Shown piece by piece: positions 1-12,238 of a DNA stretch of 64,000 nt; position 1 is the stretch's first letter; each line of letters begins with the position of its first letter. The translations under genes were made by a program, and so were the position numbers. Origin of the DNA: Podarcis tiliguerta. Taxonomy: Eukaryota. The notes under the pieces are model-generated. The model had not been told where the DNA came from. It made no database searches and saw nothing but the letters and a program-made list of their open reading frames with translations. Location: the NCBI GenBank assembly GCA_965153285.1, contig OZ229111.1, one strand, 5' to 3'.

Positions 1-201
1 ACTCTTTCCCAACAATCCATAGATGAATACCTTATATGCCAAAGGGATTTCTCTCTGATTCCCACCCTTGACACTTTCTGAGACTGAGGATCGCTGTTAG
101 AACCATCTGCAAGGAGACTGATTGGAACAGCTCCTTGCAGCTTGACCTGTGAGCATTCATGCCATCACCATCTGATGCCAGGAATACCTGCTGCTAGTGT
201 A

Positions 202-550
202 AGGACCCCTACTGCACCCCTGACCATTAGGTCCAGTCGTGACCGACTCTGGGGTTGCGGAGCTCATATCGCTTTATTGGCCGGCGTACAGCTTCCGGGT
301 CATGTGGCCAGCATGACTAAGCCGCTTCTGGTGAACCAGAGCAGTGCACGGAAACGCCGTTTACCTTCCCGCCGGAGCGGTACCTATTTATCTACTAGCA
401 TACCTTGAGGTGCTTTCAAACTGCTAGGTTGGCAGGAGCAGGGACCAAACAATGAGAGCTCACCCTGTTGCAGGGATTCAAACCGCTGACCTTCTGATCG
501 GCAAGTCCTAGGCTCTGTGGCTTAACCCACAGCGCCACCCGTATCCCTTT
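202..550 (-). mobile_element. Sauria SINE, near full length
   Basis: Reverse complement of the copy at 14072; 13-bp target site duplication TGCTGCTAGTGTA at 189-201 and 551-563. Confidence 0.9.
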
Positions 551-1300
551 TGCTGCTAGTGTAGAAGCTGCTGATTTTCCATGCCATACAGGGGGTCTCT
601 GCTGAGTTTTTCTACCGTGTAATGATGCAAATGGCCAACTTCTCAAATCCAATGGGTGGGTGGCTGTGTGTTGTGCATGTGGGGTGGCCATAGCCACTGC
701 TGGCATGCAGGACCTGGAGGGTGGACTGTGAGTGAATGTAGCCTTTCAGCCTAAAGAAGGTAGCCTGATCCTGTTGTTCACTTCATGGCTGCTATGTGGA
801 CACTGTTTTCAAGTCCTGGAGCTGGTGTATGGATGAGGGAAGGGAGCAGTTCAGGCAAAGCATCCTCAGCAGCACCCCTTAAGAGAAAGCTGGAATATGT
901 AAACACAAATGCTGTCTCTGTACAACACAAGGGGACTAAAAAATCAGGGTGGTGCTGGAGGCATTGCCATTATTGGGCGCTCACAAATGAATTCTTGATC
1001 AGACTGAAGCTCCACTGAGCCTTACCCAGAAGTTGCTGTCTCTGCAGAAGTCTACAAGTAGGCCATTAATGGAGCGGACTACCCTGCTTTTTGCCTCCTA
1101 GCAGCTGTTTTTACTGCCTTTGAACCTGACCTGTGGTGCCTGTGGACATTTGTCTTCCATGAATGCCGGGTGCTGGACACACTGAGGAAAACAGGTTTCC
1201 AACGTTCCCTGCTTGCAGTTTTCTCAGAGACATCTGAATGTCCGTCTGTATGAGCTAGATGGGCCACTCTGTATAACACAGCTTCCTATGTCTAGCATTA

Positions 1301-1510
1301 GGGGAATGAATGTGGTTTAGTGGGAGAGCATCTTCACATGCAGAAAGTGCCAGGTTCAAATCTCCAGGTAGCCATGGGAAAGATTCCCATCTGAAATCCT
1401 GGAGAGATGATGATGTTGATACCCCACCCATCTGGCTGGGTATACTACCAGCGTAGAAAATACTGAGCTAGTTGGGTCAGTTTCCTAATTGTATAATATG
1501 GGTTCCTACA
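1301..1510 (+). mobile_element. Degraded tRNA-derived squamate SINE (Squam3-like)
   Basis: tRNA-like head (agtgggagagcatc...catgcagaaagtgccaggttcaa), body ctgaaatcctggagag, tail actgagctag; a tail fragment also lies at ~1248-1292. Confidence 0.6.
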
Positions 1511-3299
1511 TTACCAATTTCTTGGAATCAAGATGGTGCAATGGGTGGTCACTTGGTCTGGCCCAGCAGGGACCCTGTTTACTGGAACCTCGATCAGTAC
1601 TTGACTTCACGATCCTGTGGAAGCAGCCAGGTAGAGTTGCCTACAGATAGCAAGCCCACTGCGCAAGTTCTGTTCCCATGTTGTAATGCACATAGTGTAT
1701 TTGCTCTCAACTCTTGCTGATTAAACAGGTCCATGGTGTTCTTTGATGAATCATCCAATTGACAGGTGGAAGAACAAAGAAACAATGCAGGAGAGAACTC
1801 TCTAGAACACACAGCAGTTCTCTTGGAAGAGAAAATAGGCAACCTGTTTTAAGAAGTGGAGATAAAAAGCTTTCAAGACCTAAAGCTGTGGCATCCCTGG
1901 GTAACGCCAGAGACCTAGTCTTAGTAATGCATACGTTATTTCTTGACTCTGATTTCCCCCTTTGAAAATTTGAAATGGGTTGGAGTCAGTTCTTAAAGAC
2001 AAAAAGTGAATCTTCTCGAATGGTGCCAATTTTGTGTCCTTCAGACCTTTTGTGTTACGAGAAAACTCAGAAAGAGGTCCACCAGTATGTTTTGATCCCA
2101 GTCTGTCTGGCCTGACCTGCATAACACAGGCAATCACCACTCTTTTATGGGCATGGCAGTATCCAAAAGAGGACTTACTGGCACATGTGGTGGAAATGCC
2201 ACTATGTCTATAAGGGAAATAGGCCTCATGATGGGATGAGAGGTGTCACTAGATCCAAAGCTATTTTTTTGGAAACATTTGTTAACAAAAACACTTATAT
2301 TACTTGTAAACTCTTGGTGGTTTGTTTCTTGGTTGCTGTCCACTTGGTTATATCCCAAGATGGAAGAATGTTTCTACTTTTTATTGGGATAGTTTGTTCC
2401 AAAAGGTTTTATGTATCACCATTTCTGAAAAATTAACCCATCATTTGTGTGTTACTGGGGTGACACTGACCTGCAGGATTTTACTGCCATTTAGTGGCTG
2501 TTTCTGACATGTGGCAGGACAATCGCATAGCTGGTGCATTCCATCAAAATACAGTTCCATTCTGACACCATTATGACAATAATACAACAGTTTTTTTGTT
2601 TTCACTCAAACATTTGTCACCTTCGCTCCAAACTGAGCCTTTTAAAAACTTATTTTACTTTTTTACTTTTCCATACCTGAACGTTCTTTTCCCAAATAGA
2701 ATGTTTTCTCTTTACCTTGTCTCATGATGGAATCATCTGTACTCTTTTTTATGTTTGTATTTTTAAGTTCTCTGCATTCTGGTGTGTTTCAACACCAACC
2801 AAAAAGTTGTGGCGTCTTGGACTAACAAGCCTCAGCTTCCTAACAGTCACAGAAGTGCCCAGACTGATTTGATAGCCTGGTCATCTAATCATTTTCGATT
2901 GGTTTTCTGCTATATACCGTATTCCCTTTTCCATGGAGCAGCCTTGTCTCCTTGATCAATCTTGCTGCATGTGAAATTCTTTCATAGGAATTGAGCTAAT
3001 ATGGCAGTGAGCGGGGGCAAAGTGTATATATGAACATTCAGTATCACACAGTCATTTTAAATGTAGGAAAGCCTGAGGCTTGTGCTCCTTGACTGTATCG
3101 CGACAGCAGCAAGGACTTAGCTCATATAACCATATATTTATGCTTGAAAGGAGAAGCAAAGGACTACATCACGATTTAATTATTCAGTGTTTCTCCATAG
3201 AATTTTGTCCACAGATGCTAATGAACCAAGTTTGTAGCAGTGTTCTAGTATGTGTGTAGTAGTTGTGGATGAGAAGATCAAACTTATATGCTAAATCCG

Positions 3300-3850
3300 A
3301 GGCCAGTTGCTACTCTTTAAAATCCCTACGACAAACACAGTCCGTTTGGTTCTCCTCACTAGCAACAGGACAGTAAAAGTCACGCCAGTCTTTGTATAAA
3401 CACTGTTGTTTCCTAGGTAGCCGCCAGAGGCCGCTGAAGAACAGCGTTGGTATTCAAGCAGCGGCAAATTACCTCTCGCCAAAGAAACGCAATGACGTGA
3501 AGCAGCTGCTGCTCAACTGATTTCAAGGCGCAGACTCTGGTGGCCTTTACTTTTGAAACTTTTTGGCCTCCTTTCCAACGGATATGCATTTGCATCACAA
3601 TGGAAACTGCTGTTTATATAGGTAGAAGGGAACTGCTTCCCCTCACTCCCCCCCTCTTTTTTTTCCCAAAGGAGTACTAATACCGTTAAATAAAGGAGAA
3701 GGAAAAACTGACTGAAGTGCATCTATTTGCACTGCACGATGGTGACCCGGGAATCTTGCACGCCCGGTTAGCTTACAGCCTAAGGGTTCATTTCGCCCTG
3801 CAAAGCTAGATGCCAATTAGTGGCATCTCATTTGCAAACCAGGTGACGTT
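3300..3850. promoter_or_regulatory. Orphan CpG-enriched promoter/enhancer-like module
   Basis: X-box-like GTTTCCTAGGTAGC 3408-3421; CTCF-like CCGCCAGAGGCCGC 3421-3434; CRE-like TGACGTGA ~3493; Oct-Sox ATTTGCATCACAATG 3588-3602; TATATAAA on the minus strand ~3613-3620; more CpG than the flanks. Confidence 0.5.
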
Positions 3851-5209
3851 TTATGTTAACAGCATTTCTCTCAAATTCGACATTCAGTTATTTCTCCAGT
3901 GCTTGACTTACAGCATAGCGCAAAGCTGTTCAACTATGTGGCCCTGGACCAGTCACTGTCTCTCACTGGCATTGTTAGGTATGGCCTAAGTTCTGGTCTT
4001 TTGCACCAGGCCCTGGATCTCCTATCTCTCCCCCTGCTTTTTAAACTTGTTAAATTTGTATTTTTATTTTACCAAAAAATAACAACTGCAACAAGAAGAG
4101 AATCAGGAGTACAGCAGAGCTTTGCAATGTCTGATCCAGCAGACCCAATTCGCTCCTGCAAGGAGCCCCAAATGTTCAGCCCAAATAATCCTTCAGTAAT
4201 GTGCAATGTGATGAAGGTAGGGTGTATCCATCTTCCGACTTGTTTGCATATGTAATAAATGTTGGTGCAATGAAAGAATAGGTATATAAAAAGGGAGAAC
4301 ACCTGGATGACAAGATCTAAGTTTGGGGCAAGTACACTTTGGTGAGAGAACCCCAGCAGAGATTTAAACTCACAAATTATGCAGCAAAGTAAAGTGTAGA
4401 AATATAAACTGTTAGACCTTTAGAATATGTATTTCCAAGTGAGTTCCACTGTAGGCCCCTCTTCCCCCGGCATAGGAAAAGACCACACATTTAGTAAGTT
4501 AAAAATGGTTTACTTACAAAGTCTCCAAGGTCAGGTTCATGTGCTTTTCTATACATCAGACAGGTAGGTTGCATAGGCAGTAAAACGTAGCTTAGTTCCA
4601 AAGTGGTGAAAGTTCCTAAATTATTGATATAGGAACAGAAGAACGGCTTGTGATAGCCATGCAAGTAAGCTGGAGCAACCAGCTTAGCTTCTTCACATCT
4701 TGACTTTCTCTGGTAGACTGAGGGGAGCGGGGTGAACAATAGGCTTGATTATCTAGTGCCTCCCAAAGCGAACTAAGCTTGGGAGGGCAGCTTACTCTAT
4801 GGTCCCAACCCCTCCATGCATTAATTAGACTTAAGCATGTTGGTTATATGAGGCTAGTTTTCCCCAAAATAAAAGCCATCTGCTTGTTCCCTTCTGCCTT
4901 GCTCTGATTTTTTTAAACTTCCTTTTTTAATAAATGAAAATTTGCTTGTTGGGTGGCTGCCTGGACACACTGCAAAGCACAATGCGGTTGAGATCCAGCC
5001 ACTCAGGATGTTAATTTGACCAGGACTCTGGGCATACTAAAATGGTAGGTGGCTGTGGTATGTTGTGCCTAGCCAACTAGCATGCAAAGGGAAAAAGAGG
5101 GAGGGGGCTGCAGCACAGAGGGTCAGCAGAGGAGTGACTGTTGGGTGAGCAGCACAGAAATGGGAGGGTGATTCTGGTGAAACTGAAGGTTTTCCCCTGA
5201 AAGCTTTTA

Positions 5210-5469
5210 CAGTCATACCTCGGGGTGAATGTGCTTCGGGATGAGCGCGTTCGAGTTGCGCTCCATGGCAACCCAGAAGTAACGGAGCGCGTTACTTCCG
5301 GATTTCGCTGCTTCCGCATGCACAGACGCTTAAAATGACATCACGCGCATGCGCAGAAGCGGTGAAAAGCGACGCACACATGCGCAGACATGCTGTCGCT
5401 GATTACGTTTGCTTCTAGATGTGAACGGGGCTCCGGAACGGATCCCGTTTGCATCTAGAGGTACCACTG
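5210..5469. mobile_element. Tc1/mariner-type MITE (family A)
   Basis: TIRs CAGTCATACCTC...GAGGTACCACTG with TA on both sides; inverted relative of the copy at 32426. Confidence 0.8.
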
Positions 5470-5638
5470 TATATGTTTAATTCCTTGATGAAAAGTAATT
5501 GGGGGAGGGGAATAACTCCTTGATCATAAGACTCACATCATGCGTGGCTTGGCTGTCTTGAGTTACTTGCTCTGCATGTAGCAGGGGGGCGGGGCAGGAC
5601 CATGTATGGTATCCTGAGCTCTTGAGAGGAAGGAAGCC

Positions 5639-6130
5639 AGAGCTAGGACTCCAAAAAAGAAACGCAGACATGTGCCTGGAATTTCAGGCTGTTGCTTGCA
5701 ATCAACACCCCCTTGCGTTTATCAGTGATGAGTTTCTTCTGGCACGGTGTCCTCAGAGTAGCAAGCACCTTCTGGGAGATCGTTGTCTTTCCACTGCTAA
5801 TCAGAAAGCAGCGGGTAGTAGATTTGGCCACAGAATCAGTTTCCCAAAACCTCTCCCATGGATAAAATTGCTACTGTCGCTTGCCTTCTCTACCATGTGG
5901 AGCTTCCTGGTCTCCAAAGTACTACATCACAGGTGAAACTGATTCTGTGGCCCAATCTTCTACCTGCTGCTTTCTGACTAGCAGTTGGAAGTCATAATGA
6001 TCTCCAGAAGGTGCCTGCCATTCTGAGGACACTGTGCCAGAAGAAACTCATCAATGATAAATGCAAGGGGGTGTTGACTGCACACAACAGCCTGCAATTC
6101 CACACACATATGCATTTGAGTCACAGCTCT
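5639..6130. repeat. Long imperfect inverted repeat (~200-bp arms, ~90-bp spacer)
   Basis: caacacccccttgc...tgatgagtttcttctggcac...ccacagaatcagtttc pairs with gaaactgattctgtgg...gtgccagaagaaactcatca...gcaagggggtgttg. Confidence 0.85.
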
Positions 6131-6350
6131 CTATTAATATATGTATGAATGTGAGTGTGTGAATGTTCTGTCCCATAACAGTCCCTTCTCTACACATGAG
6201 ACATTGTCAATCTCCCAAGTATCCCGTGACTCAGCAGGGCTACCAGTCTAAACTTGGGCCAGAGCAATGCCATGACAGCTTTACATAATGTTGTTCCTAG
6301 GTTCAAAAAGAGTTTAGTCTGAAAGTAGCTGTGTTTGATGTGGCTTGTAT

Positions 6351-6727
6351 AGTTTCGTTCACACAAAACACTAAACCATGGTTCAAAAGAATATGTGAAC
6401 CCTGCCCAGCAGCTTAACTATGGTTTGTTTACTATCAGCCAACCACAACCTGAAGCCATTGTTGGTTGGTTGGTTTTTGCTTTACAAAGCTTGGTGTGTT
6501 TTCACTGTGGCTTGGCTTTATATGTGAGCCCAGCACCCTTCCTTAACCATGTTTTGTTTTACCATTCCACTTCACTCACCAGGCCACACAGGCATAAAGC
6601 AAGAGCAGCTGGAAAACAAAACAAACTTTGGAGGACAAGCCATGGCTTGTTTGTCTGTGGGACAACTCATGGTTACGCCATGGATTGTTAAACAAACCAT
6701 GGTTTAGCGTTACGTGTGAACTGGGCC
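6351..6727. mobile_element. Palindromic non-autonomous DNA element rich in AACCATGGTT
   Basis: Termini gttcacac-aaaacactaaaccatggtt / aaccatggtttagcgttac-gtgtgaac; related degraded copy at ~31270-31600. Confidence 0.6.
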
Positions 6728-6944
6728 ATTGTTTTTTCCTGGCATTCCAGCAGACAAAGGTTAAGGGGCCAACACAAGATGTCATCATCAATTTTAGTTG
6801 GAAAGAGCAAAGAAGACGAAAGCTTTCTATTGCACCCCAAGCACCCTCACCAATCTGAATGCCCCCAAAGTCCTGTGGCCATTTAACAACAAATGCTATC
6901 TCAGAATAAAGTCTCATAGTCTGGCCATTTGTCATGGACGCTTT

Positions 6945-7025
6945 CGTTGAGATTCCTGCATTGCAGAGGGGTGGACTAGATGAGTCTTGGAGTCACTTCC
7001 AACTCCCTGGTTCTATGATTCTATG
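6945..7025 (+). mobile_element. CR1 LINE 3' tail
   Basis: ggactagatga...ttccaact...ttctatgattctatg, the CR1 terminal 8-mer repeat. Confidence 0.75.
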
Positions 7026-7026
7026 T

Positions 7027-7142
7027 GCTTACTTCATCAGATACATGGAAAAGCTTGTGTTATACTTAATCCTTAAGGTGCCACAACAAGACTCTTTGTC
7101 TTCTTTGCTGTAACAGACTGATACAGCTACTCCTGCTGAAAC
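7027..7142. mobile_element. Penelope-like element pLTR remnant
   Basis: cttacttcatcagatac and taaggtgccaca...agactc...ttgctgtaacagact...cagctac...ctgaaac resemble sauropsid Penelope termini. Confidence 0.5.
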
Positions 7143-7313
7143 TCTTTAGCAGTGTGACAGCTGCTAGTAAATAAGGGCCAGGACCATAAGTTTCTGTTTT
7201 TTTAAAAAAATACTTGAGCAAGTAAGTGAGCAGAGACAGAGTGGGCTCAGGCAGTGGAGCTTGGTAACTTTTGCTGGGCCAGGGCTGCAGCTTTGTGTGC
7301 TTTGGTATAGTAA

Positions 7314-7523
7314 CCAGGCATGTCCAACAGGTAGATCGCAATCTACCAGTAGATCACTGGATGTCTGTGGTAGATTGCGACAGATCTCGCCCCCCCCCCC
7401 AAAAAAATGCTTTGGCTCCCTTAAAAAAGCTCAACAACTTTGCCTGTCGATAACAATGGGGGCAGATCACAGCCAGTATTTTAATAATGTGAGTAGAGTC
7501 TCTTGGGAGTTGGATGTGCCTGG
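7314..7523. mobile_element. hAT-type MITE
   Basis: TIRs ccaggcatgtccaac / gttggatgtgcctgg; flanks tatagtaa / tatagtac (7 of 8 match); related copy at ~38411-38702. Confidence 0.65.
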
Positions 7524-7591
7524 TATAGTACAACTGGGGAGACAGTAGGGTGGATCAGGTTATGGGATCATGGCAGGCAGATGGGGAGTTG

Positions 7592-7830
7592 GCATCTGTG
7601 TGTCACAGGAGACAATGGAAGAGTGCACCTTCATGGGTGAAGTCAAACGGTTGGAGAGTTACAGCACCTGCTGTGGCTGTAGAGACTGATATGGGAGAGA
7701 CATGTTTTGTTGCAGCAGGGGCAGATGAAGGTGTCCGGTTATGCTGATGCAGGTGTAACATGGAGTTTCTTCTTTTTGCACTCCTCCCAGCGGTCATCCC
7801 TCCTCTGGTTACTGCTGTGGATACATGGCC
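7592..7830 (-). mobile_element. RTE-clade LINE 3' fragment
   Basis: Minus strand reads DTFICPCCNKTCLSHISLYSHSRCC, the CxxC...SRIGLxSH-type zinc finger at the RTE ORF C-terminus; second copy at 12334-12471. Confidence 0.7.
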
Positions 7831-10611
7831 TAGTTCAAAAATATCTGGTTAATCTGGCAAAAATCCCTGATACCAAACCTAAAGTTATTCTTTATTGTAT
7901 CCAAAATAGGATTTCAACTATTGATTTAGGATTGATTTTAAATTCTGTCTGTTAGATTAGTTTTATAACTGTCTTTGTTGTAAGCTGCCCTGAGAGCCCA
8001 ACTGGGCTATAAGCTCAGGCATGAATACAATAGACGAATGCATGAATAAATAAAACAATTTTCTGATGCTTGGCAACGTTCATTAAGCTGGCATTCACTA
8101 ATTAGGAACAGGAGGTACTTTTCTCTGGTGGCGTATATGGACAGGACAACCCAAACGCAAGCAATAAAAAAATGTCAGATTAACTGCTGAGATAAAGGGG
8201 GAAAAAATCTTTGGATAACAGTATCCTTTTGTTGCTCCCTCAATTATTGCTCTGCCAGGAAATAAAACACAGTGTTTAGCATAATCTGTTGCAAGACTCT
8301 GAGTGCTATAATATGCAGAATATATTTCTAGGCCAAGTGCGCATTCAGAGATCTCTGGTGTATCATGTATGGCAGAAGAAAACCCGAATATTACAAGTTT
8401 TATCTCACTGCCATTTACAATGGTCTTGCTATAGGGTTAGCAAATGTGGGGATCCTCCAGATGTTGCTGTGCTAAAACTCCCATTATCCCTGACCATTGG
8501 CCATGCTGACTGCAGCTGATGCAAGTTGAACAACATCAGGAGGATACATATTAATGAGTAGTTTAGATATCAGGGTGTCCAGTTTTAGTATCCCATTTTT
8601 AGCCTTCCATAAATTGTTTGCTGGAACCACATCACTCTTGTCATCACATCACCTTCTCTTTGCCAAGGCTAGCATATGGCAACTTATTATTTTTAAACTG
8701 ATAGCTGCCTTTCCAGATTATCCGGTCACCCAAGGCAATTCAGAATATAAATGTAAAATCATTACAGTATATTTTAGCCCCAATCCAGACTCATGTGTGA
8801 GATGATCCAAGTCAAGTAGTCTTTGGAGTGCTTTTGGTGGGAGGAATGAATGCTGGTAAGCTAAATGTGCTCTGGGTGCCAGCACAAAATGGCTGCCATG
8901 GGCAGCAAAAAAATAAGTGCCAATACTCTATACCAGTGAGTACTGTCACACACAAAACAAAGCCCTGAGACTATTCAAGTAAGTAGAGATAGGATCAATT
9001 ATCCGTTTGGGGGATGAAGGGATTGAAACCGGCTTCTCATTCTTCCTAATTAATTGGTGCTGTCGACAATTCTTCTGACTGGATCTTGCTCACAACAAAG
9101 GACAGTGCAAGTGAGGGTCAGGATGTGAGGAGATGGTTTGCCACATGGGAGTCGTCTCATAATCATCCAGTTACAGAGAGCCACATGTAAGCCTGTTCCT
9201 GCACATTTATGCCTCCAAGCTGAACCAAGGCAGTTATATATAAGCAGGTGAAGTCAGGTCTGGCCCAAGGTATTCTGCCACCTGTGTTGAAGGTATGGTT
9301 TCTGGACCTTGAGGTCTGACTTGAAGTCTCCAAGTTCACCTCCAGGTAGTGAGTGAAGGGCCTGAATCTCCAGCTGGGTGACAATGCCCTTAATAATATT
9401 TTTAAAATATAGAAAAAATTAAAAGTACGCATATGCAGCTTGCAAGCTTCAGTTTGGGAGTGGCAGGAGCTGGCTGCAAATTATAGCAGAGACATTTAGT
9501 GGGTGGTGGGTTCTGCCCTCCTCTGCTCCACTCTCCCAATTAACCTCTGTCTCCAGGATCTGCCCCTGTGACATCATCAGGGGCTGCCACTATGTCTCAG
9601 GTTTGGTCCCTGGATTCTCAGGGTCTGGGATGCTTCTGATTGGGGTATTCCAGCAGCATTCATTGAATCTGTCCACAGTCCCAAAGTGCTTAAGGTACTT
9701 TAAAAAACAACAACAACACACCATTTCATCTGCATTACATTAAGTTTTGCAGTGGTGGGCAACCTAACTGAACTGTTACCCGTTTCCTGTGGGCTTTCTT
9801 TCTGCTTGGTTTCCTGCCCTCAACAAAAGTCAGTTATTGATCAAGCAAACCCGTTAACAGCTAAACTCTTTCCTGAAAGAGGAACAGGGTTTGTGCTGTG
9901 TTACCTCAAAGCTCATTCTCTCAGATATCCAGTTGCATGGGGCTTTGTTGATTAATACAAAGACCTTGAAGAAGTGGGCTTGGTTGAGGTAAACCACTGC
10001 CACCACAACAATAGCAATATAATTTATATGCCTCCTTTTATTTCCAGAAGAAATACAAAGGCAGTGCAGAAACAGGTAAAAAAAAATCCAAAAGCAAGTA
10101 TAAAACCGAGCAAGTATAAAACTGATCATAAAAATGCAGCTAGCTATTATTAAAAATACATAGTAAAACAGCTTCATCACAACATTGAAACATCCATAAT
10201 TAAAATGTGTAATAAACAAACCCATTAAAACAGTGAAACAGTTTAAACAACAATTAAACAGCAGGTTTAGCTCAGCATACCAGGGAAGTGTTTATCTAAA
10301 CAAGTCTGCCTTCAGGAGCCCATGGGAATGCAGGAAGGCAGACACAGAAAATGCAGAAGGCCCCTGGGTGTGAGCACCTTAGCAATGAGTGAAAGCGAAA
10401 GCAGGGTTGTCAACATAGTGCCTGTGGGCCCCTAGGCACTCCCAGGACCCCATCCTCATTGTTCTTCCTCAAAATTAGGTTTGAGGAATGGCAGGACAGG
10501 GTTGTGGTGTTTTTTTTAATGGGGGGATGTTCATTCTCCCTTTCCTGGCTGTGATCATTTCCCACGCCATAATTAGCTTCCTTTGAAGCCTTCTGTTGGC
10601 TACAATAAGTT

Positions 10612-11209
10612 GTTTAGCCTGGAAGAGAGATATGATAGCCTTCTTCAACTGTCTAAAGCAGGGGTCAGCAAGCTTTTTCAGCAGGGGACCGGTCCACTGT
10701 CCCTCAGACCTTGTGGGGGGCCGGACTATATTTTGAAAATAAAAATAAAAATGAACGAATTCCTATGCCCCAAAAATAACCCAGAGATGCATTTTAAATA
10801 AAAGCACACATTCTACTCATGTAAAAACACCAGGCAGGCCCCACAAATAACCCAGAGATGCATTTTAAATAAAAGCACACATTCTACTCATGTAAAAACA
10901 CGCTGATTTGCGGACCATCCGCAGGCTCGATTTAGAAGGCGATTGGGCCAGATCCGGCCCCCGGGCCTTAATTTGCCTACTCATGGTCTAAAGGGCTGCC
11001 ACATGGAGGATAGGACCAATGGCTTCAAGTTGCAAGAAAGGAGATTCTGGCTTAACATCTGCAAGAACTTACACTGTTCAACAGTGGAACAGATTCCCAT
11101 GGGAGGTGGTGGACTCTCCTTCCTTGGAGGTTTATAAGGAGAGGTTTAAAGAGAGTGGAGCGGACTAGATGACCCTCGGGATCCCTTCCGATTCTACGAT
11201 TCTATGATT
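10612..11209 (+). mobile_element. CR1 LINE 3' fragment interrupted by a hAT MITE
   Basis: gtttagcctggaagag...; RTNGFKLQERRFWLNI-like CR1 ORF2 C-terminus; tail attctacgattctatgatt. Confidence 0.8.
10659..10985. mobile_element. hAT MITE with perfect 8-bp TSD
   Basis: GTCTAAAG at 10651-10658 and 10986-10993; termini caggggtcagcaa / tttgcctactcatg; internal 57-bp direct duplication. Confidence 0.85.
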
Positions 11210-11486
11210 TGGTGGAGTCACAGCTGTGAAGGGGAGGATTAAGCCCTACCTCCCCAGCTGTGACTCTTTCCTTGCTGAAAATGCCCCTCTTGGTTCAATT
11301 AGACTTCAAATACTGTAAGGAGCTACAATTGAGTAGAGAAGGGTCATCTCTTGCTCTTTTGCTCTCTTTCTCAGAGAGCAGTTAGGCATGAAAAAAGCCT
11401 ACCATTGATGGCAGCAGAAGGCTTTTTCTTGCTTAACTGTTGCAAGTTGCAGCTGCACACTCTAGGAAGACACTCTCCCCGCCCCC

Positions 11487-11487
<1 letters not shown>

Positions 11488-11527
<40 letters not shown>
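11488..11527. repeat. (AC)n microsatellite
   Basis: ~20 perfect units. Confidence 0.95.
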
Positions 11528-11530
<3 letters not shown>

Positions 11531-11920
11531 TTGAAAGAGAAGAAGCAAAAGCACGTTTTTCCAAGCCTAGTTTATGGGTGCAGGGTTGGGGAGCTAGAGT
11601 GAGGGTGCATGCACAGTTGCGGTGCATGCATGTTGCCCACAACAGTTTATCTACTTTGCTGATGTGCCCACAGTCCCCAAACTGTTAGTGATGCCTGGGC
11701 TAAAGTGTTCGTGGCTTTCAAAGTTGAAGCAAAGCAAGCCAAAGGCAATTCTAAGTGGGTTTATCAATAAGAGACGAGATAAGGGATAAGGGATTTACTA
11801 ACTGGATAGGTAGTTATGGTTTGGTGGAGAGGAGGAAACTGTGCACTAGCAGAGTGGTCCCCCAACTGAATTTCGTCCCCACAAGGACTACTTGAAAATA
11901 TCCAAAGTTCTTGGTAGACC

Positions 11921-12198
11921 ACTGCGAGAAGTGAGGTTACAGGGAACCAGGCAGAGGACCTTCTCAGTAGTGGTGCCCGCACTGTAGAACGCCTTCCCAT
12001 CAGATGTCAAGGAAATAAACAACTGCTGTATCTGACTTTTGGAAGACACTGAAGGCAGCCCTGTTCAGGAAAGCTTTTAAAGTCTGATGTCTTATCACTT
12101 TATTATTATTATTATTATTATCATTAATTCTGTTGGAAGCCACCCAGAGTGGCTGGGGAAATCCAGCCAGATGGGTGGCGCATAAATAATAATAATAA

Positions 12199-12237
<39 letters not shown>
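11921..12237 (+). mobile_element. L2-type LINE 3' end with (TAA/TTA)n tail
   Basis: RTFSVVVPAL-type ORF end, gaaggcagccctgttcaggaaagc, tail gccacccagagtggctgggg...ccagatggg...taaataataa, then a (TTA)n run. Confidence 0.7.

Positions 12238-12238
<1 letters not shown>

Noticed and set aside
3677-3860. Possible snRNA- or tRNA-like gene (PSE-like ataccgttaaataaagg, GCCCGGTTAGCT start, two small hairpins)
   Set aside because: No match to U snRNAs, Y, vault, 7SK or tRNA that I can recall; A/B-box spacing too short and no cloverleaf. An Infernal/Rfam scan would settle it.
7027-7075. Hammerhead ribozyme core in the Penelope-like remnant (CTGATGA on the minus strand)
   Set aside because: Stem II and GAAA do not follow CTGATGA on the same strand; degenerate and not a foldable ribozyme.
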